Positions 56,801 through 64,000 of a stretch of DNA of 64,000 nucleotides are shown here, in pieces. The position numbers and the translations under genes were made by a program. The notes beneath the pieces were generated by a model. It searched no databases. It worked only from the letters and a program-made list of their open reading frames with translations, and was not told where the DNA came from. This stretch comes from Phallusia mammillata (lineage: Eukaryota). Every line of letters begins with the position of its first letter. Within the stretch, counting starts at the first letter, position 1. The DNA is taken from positions 26,288,001 to 26,352,000 of the forward strand of contig OZ281499.1 of assembly GCA_965637545.1 (NCBI GenBank). The letters are read 5' to 3'.

Positions 56801-59203
56801 ATATATTCGGTACAATGCATTCTGTCTTGTTTTAAATTTCTATGTAACTGTTAATGTCCGTCCGTCAGATTAAATCTTTACCTGATAAATGCACCCATAT
56901 TGCCTCATTTAATCGGACTTGCAAGTGTGTCTACATTAAAACACCTTAACGTGTTGCACGGGCCCTAAAAAAATGTTAGTAACCCGGATGTAAATATGTC
57001 AAACTAACAACAATCATCTGGTTTCAGCCTCTCCGTGCGCTCGGCTCATCCACGTTTGCATGGAAAGTTTCTTCTTCCCCGTTCAACTCTCTCAACACCT
57101 CAGCTCAATTCCACGCCGACCTCGTTTCGCGGTGTGACGACATCAGTGATGACGTCACTTCCACTGTGACGTACCAGTTCGAAGTGGACAACCTTCGTGT
57201 GAGTACGATTTACGCTGCGCGCATCCACTTTCCGGATAACCAACCTTGCGCTGATCCTTTTTTGCAGCCGATCTACACAATCGCATGTTCCGTTGATGAC
57301 GACGAGGAGCTACGTAACGGCGTGATGACGTCATTGCGCGTCGACGTCACTCGGTTGCGTGATGATCCGGACCACGAGACGACCAGTAACGGTCAGCAGC
57401 TTCTCATGTTTCAAGGTGGGAGGGGATTGATAATGTTGGAAATGTTTGAAATATTTGTTTCTGATAAATAGCTGCACTGACGATGCTGTGCTGTACATGT
57501 ATCTTTAAAACTAAAGGATGAACGACTAAGTGTTTTTTTCTGAACTTACATCGATTGCTATAAGGCTCATTAGTCTTCATCCACCAAGCAACGGACTGGG
57601 TGATTCCAGCTTTAAGTTTCAATTACGAGTATTGATAAATAACTGGATTTAATTTCGGTTTGGAAATTGGCTGAGTACGACATAGAAATCATATAAACAA
57701 TACTTAAAGACTGGTTTAAATAACTTTGGGAGCTTTAATAAGTGTAAACTTACTAAGGGTTGTTCAAGCTTTTGTATGTTGGTGCAAGTAGTCACGTAGG
57801 CAAACTTTTTACTTACTTAAAAAACAAATTTCACGAAATGGTTTTCGACAAAAAGTTTGCAAAACGTCACGTTTTTGTAATAAATTTTGGCCAGTCTGTT
57901 TTTTGTAATACGAGAAAATAAAAATAACCTCAAATACAACTTTAAAATACAAACTAAAATACCTGTGTGCCATCTGTCTTATTATTATACTTGGGCGCTG
58001 AAACAAATGTAATTTAAACTTCACATTTGTTTAGTGATGGACACTCGAGGGCGCTGGGCGGTTTTCGGCAAAAGCAGCGGAATCCTCAGTATGCCTGCTT
58101 CTCGGATCAGGGAAAGCACCCACGACGCCACGCACGTTGCTACGGCAACCGTCGAGGTCATGCCCTTGGTTTCCGGTTCACTGCACATGCCCTACGTTTT
58201 GCTTCACCGCTTCATGAAACGTCGCTCCAGCGAATTCGGTAAGCGCGTATGATATCTGTGGATAATGGCGTCAGTGGTTTATTATGACTTCTATGATAAA
58301 TCATATACACGTGGAAATATACAATCTTCGTAACAAACAATTTCTTCTTTCATATAACCTAACTTACTTTACTTTGAACTGTTTGACTTTTTTCGCCCGA
58401 CGACATGAAAGTTAACTGACGTTAAAAATAGTAAAATAGCAAAAAATGGCTCAGGGATTTCTTTGTTAAATATCTTGCACAAGTTTAAACGCCCCCTATG
58501 TATTAAAGCGGTACTCGGCTATAAAGGATGAAGTGGATTTGGTTGAGCACTCATAAATACTCAAAGCTCGGTCAAGTACGCTCGAACTATTATGTCGTCA
58601 CACTTATATGACGTAACAATCGATTAGTTGCCTAAATTATAATACGTGTTTTTTTGTTACAAAATGTACATCCGTGCAACGAAGCCTTCTATAGTTGCTG
58701 GGAAAACCTGTAAATATATTTCCCGTGTTTTTTACCTGGTTCGGGAAAAATGGTTAACCATACGCTCTCAACTTTTCTCACAGTTTTTAGCACACTGATT
58801 CCGAATACCGAACAAAAGTGTGACTTTTTTAGCTTTCAGATATGTGCTTATTTAGATCAGATTTTAGGTGCCAAATTTAGAAAAAAGATTTCATAAGAAA
58901 ACGGCCACGATTAAGCGCATTTCATAAACCGTAACCGCGCGCGATCTTCTAAATTTGTGTGACCACTGCATGGAACCGTGCACTGTTTGTTCGCCCATGC
59001 CCTCAACCCCCCCCAACGCACACCACAACACTCAACATGTTTCTGTTTCAGACGAACAATTGAGTTCAACACAAAGTCCAGTCCTTAAACCACCAAGATT
59101 GCGAGATTTCGAACGTGGCGAAGTCTTCTATCATCACGTCGCCCACCAGGTAGCGGTCCTCCCTCCCCAGTCTGACGTCACGCATTGCGTCACCGAGTTA
59201 TGA
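44845..59203 (+). CDS. TRAPPC10: Trafficking protein particle complex subunit 10 (Trs130), about 1477 aa, 25 coding exons
   Basis: Exons 44845-44869, 45227-45447, 45901-46103, 46385-46580, 47157-47268, 48105-48352, 48676-48867, 49833-49970, 50290-50432, 51093-51233, 51428-51574, 52006-52204, 52618-52687, 52991-53172, 53661-53855, 54400-54542, 54937-55091, 55146-55289, 55516-56081, 56145-56252, 56317-56547, 57028-57198, 57268-57415, 58035-58238, 59052-59203, with consistent phases. Motifs match recalled human TRAPPC10: MENK, EWRQTYGR, FHIFWTDC, QEELAFMYEML..ALVQYDELDAMFTQYV, PSGAIDCWVF, VDLLAG, LRRQDSS, WAVFGKSSG, VEVMPL. Confidence 0.95.
46755..47073. mobile_element. hAT MITE, 319 bp, in a TRAPPC10 intron
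   Basis: Perfect TIRs CAGTGGTTCTCAAACT / AGTTTGAGAACCACTG, perfect TSD TTCTAAAA and internal GGTGGTAC repeats. Confidence 0.93.
47737..47961. mobile_element. Degenerate hAT-like MITE remnant
   Basis: Ends CAGTGTTTCCCAAG / GTTGCAAACCACTG are imperfect inverted repeats. No TSD. Confidence 0.35.
50865..51069. mobile_element. hAT MITE, 205 bp, in a TRAPPC10 intron
   Basis: Ends CAGTGGTTCTCAAACT / AGTTTGAGCACTACTG, perfect TSD GTCTAAAC and internal GCGACGC repeats. Confidence 0.9.
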
Positions 59204-62200
59204 CGGCATTTGCGAAAAAGGCCTGCCGGTTTTTGAAATTCTAGCATCAAAATTTAACTTTTCGACTGTGACGTCATATACGTTAGAATGGACACTTACG
59301 TCACTGGTCATTATTACGTCATAGGTATGTTGCCATCGCAACATAGGTATGTTGCCATGGCATTGTATTGTTTGTTTTTTTGCATAGTGTTAATTCCAGT
59401 AGTTCCCGTCGCGAGTGCAATCATGCGTACTTTATGACGTCATAAGTGTTTGTGTGACATCATAGATAATGACGACTAATTTCAAACGAGTACTTAAAAA
59501 CTGCCAGAATAATAAGTTAACTGCGATTACATACTGGCATGTGGAATATTGTAGACCTCAATTTATGTTGAAACTTCGGGTTTGTTACACCATAGACATC
59601 ATATAATTTACCCTGCTTTACATTTACAATATTTTTAGTAGTTTTGCGACAAAATAACGTAAGGTTTTTATGCCTAAAAGTTGAACTTGGTCCCTAAAGA
59701 TAAATCTTATTTTCATAAAATCCATCCACGGTTGACTGCACAATGCTCGTTATTCAAACCCGCTTCAGCTGTCGAAGGTTTATGACGTCACTGACCGACA
59801 TTAATATGATTTCAATTGATACAAAAGAACTTTTCTTCGATCGCATATTTTTACCTCCCCCCACAAACTTATACACAATTGTTACCGAACACTAAGTGCT
59901 TTGTGACGTCATCATACCGCTGCATCGCAATAAAAAGTTCGTTCGACTGAAACTTTTTATCGTTGCGTAAAAGTGGAAAGTACAGGGGGACAAAATATTT
60001 CGTAAATAGGTCAAAACATGTAAGTGTAAAAAGCATTTGCAGCGGACATATTTGGTCGAGTTTCGGTTGACAGCGCACAGCCATTTTGCAAACCCAATTC
60101 GAATCTCATTGAAGCGCTTCTAATTTGCGCAGCTAGCAGAATATTAATGCCGAAAGTGCTGCATGTTTTTTCAGCGACAAACTTCCACATTATGGGAAAA
60201 AAATTAACAATCAAGTGATATTTTTCTGCAGTCATCTGTTACCGGTAACGATAATTTGATAAATTAAAGAAAATATTTTGGCGTTTTCCACATTAGTTTC
60301 TCTGATTAACGAAAAACACTAAAAAGTTTGCATTTATTTATTTGGAAAACGCATAAGCACGGATATGCTACAGTGGAATTTATAATAAGAACTTGGCCAT
60401 GATGAAAAAAATAGAACGTCAAAATGTTGATACTATTTCAAAATATATTTTTTATATTTTTAACGACTTTTGTTCGACGAATGAAACAGTGCCTTCTAAT
60501 AATTTCTCTGTGCAGTTATTTCAACGAACATTTAAGCAAATTTTCGAGTTAGCAGACATTAAACAAACTGAGTAATTCGACGAAGTAGTCACAACTTGTA
60601 ACGATTACTTTAATTTGTAAACACAAGTGGTCTATTCCAAATATCTCCACGCTTTATTAGAGTTTCATTGAGCAGTGTACAGACATTACAGACACGACCA
60701 ATTAGTACAACTCGGTCCCCAAACGCAACGCTGGCCCGTGCACTAATTATTCAATCAGACACGAGACTTTATTGTTCACCATTACACGCTTATCTGTGCA
60801 CTGATAAGAAATTTATGTTGATCTCATTTCACAGCAATCAACTAATTTCGACGTAAACCTATCCATCGCCAAATCGTATTTTTCGCTCTAATTTTGTTGA
60901 ATACTTAAATTGGAGATCAGTAAAATTCTAAAAAGTTTTTTTAACTGTAAAAAGCCACGGCTTTAGTCAAGTTGGGCCATTTTAAACAAATAATGTCAAA
61001 ACTAAATAATATTATATTTGGTAATTATACACTAAAACGTCGTTTTTCCATTGTTCCAAACTAAACGTCTTTTATTTTCACTTTTTATCGTTTCAAGTTT
61101 GTCACTGAAAGTATATTTGCTCAAAAACCTGTTGTGTTTACGTCACAGCTGGATGACGTGGTTGGCACTTATTGCGTCACTGGCACAGCGTGACATCACT
61201 GTTACATTTTAAATATTTGTTTAAAACTAAACCCGCTGCTATTGCAAACAAACTAATGTTAAATGTTTGACCACTTTTTAAGGCATGTGAAAGTATTTTG
61301 TCCTGGCAAACCAAACCGTACAACTTTAGTTTTAATCCTTCTGCCCCAAACTTTTGTGCAGGTTCGCGAGTTTAAACACAAATAATTTACGACTCAAATT
61401 CTGCTTGATATCGAAGGTAATAAATTTTACACGTCACATCTTATTATATGTTACTTTTTGTCACTTGTTTTTCGCAAAGTTTACAAAAAAGGACATAGCT
61501 TCAAACGTTTATGTAACTTAGTAAAACATCATATATATACGTCCCTTTAAATATTTAAACAACATGTCTGTTGAGTGGGTCGTAACAAAACTGTTTGTGT
61601 GGCCGAACAGTTTATCATCCCAGTGTCGAACCTCAAACTCTAATCCAGTTACCACTTTGCAGAGTTTGCACCTTAAACCGGAACAACCCATCCTCAGTGA
61701 ACTTGCACAGTTAGTAAAGTGGTTTACACCTTTCGGGAAGTGGCACCTTATTTCAATGTGCGAATTTATTAATGCGAATTGTTGAGTTAATTTGTCATTT
61801 CGCTGTCGTTATTGCACAAAAAGTTTGGTTGAATATTTACAAATTAGCCAATTTCAGACTGGTTGTTAAGTTACGTTTTTTTAGTTTAAAGTCGAATGGT
61901 TTAAAATTGCCATAAAAATCTAAGCATTCAATTTGCCTTTTTTACTTGCAGAAGCTATAATAGATTGAAGATAATGATTTTTCGATACTTGCTTTTCCTT
62001 AAAACGGCTAGAAAGCTGACAAGCATTTTATTGTAGTTCTCAAAAATAGCTTTTTATGCATAAATTAACTTACCCATTCAACATACTTAAGTTGTATACA
62101 GCAGGAAGTATATTTAGCCTAATAGAAAGTAGAAAATATAACACGGTGCAGTTTTTAGCACCAGGAATTTGAGGAAACAAACAAAGTGTAAATAGTAAGT

Positions 62201-62244
62201 AGTTGATCTGTCTTCCATCTTGTCAATCGCACCTGTACCGTATT

Positions 62245-62496
62245 TGCTTCCCTCCCCAGCCCGCCACACACAGCGGGCCTCCCCCTCACCTGCAGCGAGC
62301 GCCAGACTGTGACGTCACAATGGAAAAGTAGAAGAAAAACGCACCATGGGAATATAAATAGCGGCCGATAAGCTGCGTAAAGCAATTCAAGTTTCAACTT
62401 AGTGACATCTGCAAATTTGCTTCGCTGTATTTCAGTTGAAGTAAAAACAAGATTATAGACAGTGAGTGAGTGATTTTTGTTGGCCACGTTTTAAAG
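62245..62496 (+). promoter_or_regulatory. Chordin core promoter and non-coding first exon
   Basis: GC-rich patch 62245-62320 with TGACGTCA at 62310-62317 and TATAAATA at 62353-62360. A consensus donor AAAG|GTAAGT lies at 62497, with an acceptor (ttctgtcttttcag) about 50 nt before the ATG. Confidence 0.6.
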
Positions 62497-62768
62497 GTAA
62501 GTGTTTTATTTCCTTAGCACTAAATAAGAATATAAATTGCAGTGAAAAACAGATTACGTTAAGTTGTTTTTTTCTTCTTTACATTAAAAAAAATGTTTTA
62601 TGCGCATACTTATGGCACTAAACTAAATTTTTTTGAAATGCTTTTTAAATAGTTTTGACCAAAACAGCACAAACTATTTCGCTGGATCGAAGAATAAATT
62701 TGTTCTGTCTTTTCAGTTTCATTAGATCCGAGATTCGATTTCAAACTGTGGAATCTCTGATCGTCACA

Positions 62769-63774
62769 ATGAACGTCGTTACAAAGCTGTCACTGATGAC
62801 GTGTTATTTTCTGATTGGTCAAGTCGAGTGCTTTTTCCCATTACGTCCTGAAATGGGCCGAGGCGGACCAATCAGATCAGGGGTCAGAGGTGAGAAAAAA
62901 TTGGAACCTTAGAAGAGATTTTACACTCGACATCACTTCTGTCGTAACTTCTCCTAGCTAAATCAAACATTGGGGCCAAATTTGGACTTTATTTTAGCCG
63001 TTTTAGGAGCTAAATTCTGGTTTCAACCATCAGTTCACAACATTTCTTAACTGCTTACAGGTTGCACTTTCGGATTGAAGTACCATGCGATTGGTTCATC
63101 CTGGCATCCAAACCTCGGTAACACATTTGGGATCATGTTCTGCGTCACGTGTCACTGTGTCAAGGTAAAATCCATTCCATATGTGCAACATAAACGTGAT
63201 TAAGTTTGTGTGGAGTGCTATAGAATATAGAATAGATTTCTATGTTTCGTCTACTGACAGTTTGTTTTAGGTTAAAACAAATGAAACTTTTACAAACTGG
63301 TTTAAAATCGAAATTTAACACATAATAAACGTAGAGGCTATTTTAAGTCTTATCCATCTTATATGGATTTTCTTGCTGAAAACGAATTTATAAATCAATC
63401 AACTTTGTGCAACTGACCGCAAAGAGGTTGGAAACCCTATTCTTTCTATGCTATAAAACTGCATTGTTTTTGTTCTGTGCTGGTTTCATATGCTGAAAAC
63501 GAATTCATAAATCAACTTAGTGCAACTGATCTTAAAAAAAACCTGGAAACCCTATTTTTTGTGTGAGTGTACTTAAAATTTGTAACATTAAGTTTTTTAT
63601 AATTAAACTTTTACTGAAACAAATTAACGTAACAGGTAGAAGAACCCATGGCGTCACCGTTTCAAGTGGGAAGGTCAAAGGTGATGTGTCATGACGTCAG
63701 AAAGGATTGCGAACCAGTGACGTGTAAAAACGCAAAAGTCCCAAGAGGAGAATGTTGCAAAGTTTGTCCTGACG
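62769..63774 (+). CDS. CHRD: Chordin, 5' part (signal peptide and first cysteine-rich VWC repeat); gene continues beyond the window
   Basis: Exons 62769-62889 (MNVVTKLSLMTCYFLIGQVEC signal peptide), 63061-63164 (GCTFGLKYHAIGSSWHPNLGNTFGIMFCVTCHC) and 63636-63774 (VMCHDVRKDCEPVTC...GECCKVCPD). This matches chordin CR1 (human GCTFGG...WHPDLGEPFGVMRCVLCAC...CCQTCP) better than chordin-like WHPYLEP. Confidence 0.88.
63374..63560 (+). repeat. Imperfect tandem duplication (period about 117 bp) in a chordin intron
   Basis: TGCTGAAAACGAAT(T/C)ATAAATCAA...GTGCAACTGA...TGGAAACCCTATT starts at both 63374 and 63491. Confidence 0.7.
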
Positions 63775-64000
63775 GTCAGTGGAAAATAAATATGTAAAAA
63801 TTATTTTTATGTCTGTTTTCAACTTGGGTTGCTGAGCAATAAGAAAGTTATTTGGCGTAATGTTGCTATAATTTTAACTTTAATGCAGTTTTGCTTGATA
63901 CTCATTGGAATTTAAAAAAATATTTAAAAAACTTGTATCTAAGCTTATTTTCTTTTCATAATTAGATGTAGATAAAGAGATCGAGAGAAGCATTTCATCC

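Overview
AT-rich, intron-rich animal genomic DNA. It is probably an ascidian/tunicate (inferred from compact genes, 54-90 nt introns, a single-type pentameric thrombospondin, chordin and a strong TGACGTCA excess; not proven). I rebuilt eight genes by hand from GT-AG exons with consistent phases: INTS6 (-, 5' part, intronless here), a CD63-like tetraspanin (+), a subgroup-B thrombospondin (THBS3/4/COMP type, +, 22 coding exons), a secreted trypsin-like protease (+), a 273-aa coiled-coil gene resembling CCDC190 (-), STK38/NDR kinase (+), TRAPPC10 (+, 25 exons) and the 5' end of chordin (+). Introns and spacers hold many non-autonomous hAT elements with TIRs and 8-bp TSDs, one Mutator-like MITE nested in a hAT, tRNA-headed SINE fragments and LINE 3' ends. 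There are no CRISPR arrays, rRNA genes or bona fide tRNA genes. The best leads are: (1) a long disordered TRAPPC10 insert carrying a YAP-like HxRxxS motif, next to the NDR kinase gene; (2) a GC-rich, in-frame, stop-free 69-nt intron in TRAPPC10; (3) 13 TGACGTCA palindromes in 4 kb across TRAPPC10 3' exons upstream of chordin; (4) the CCDC190-like gene. No searches were run; family calls rest on recalled sequence motifs.
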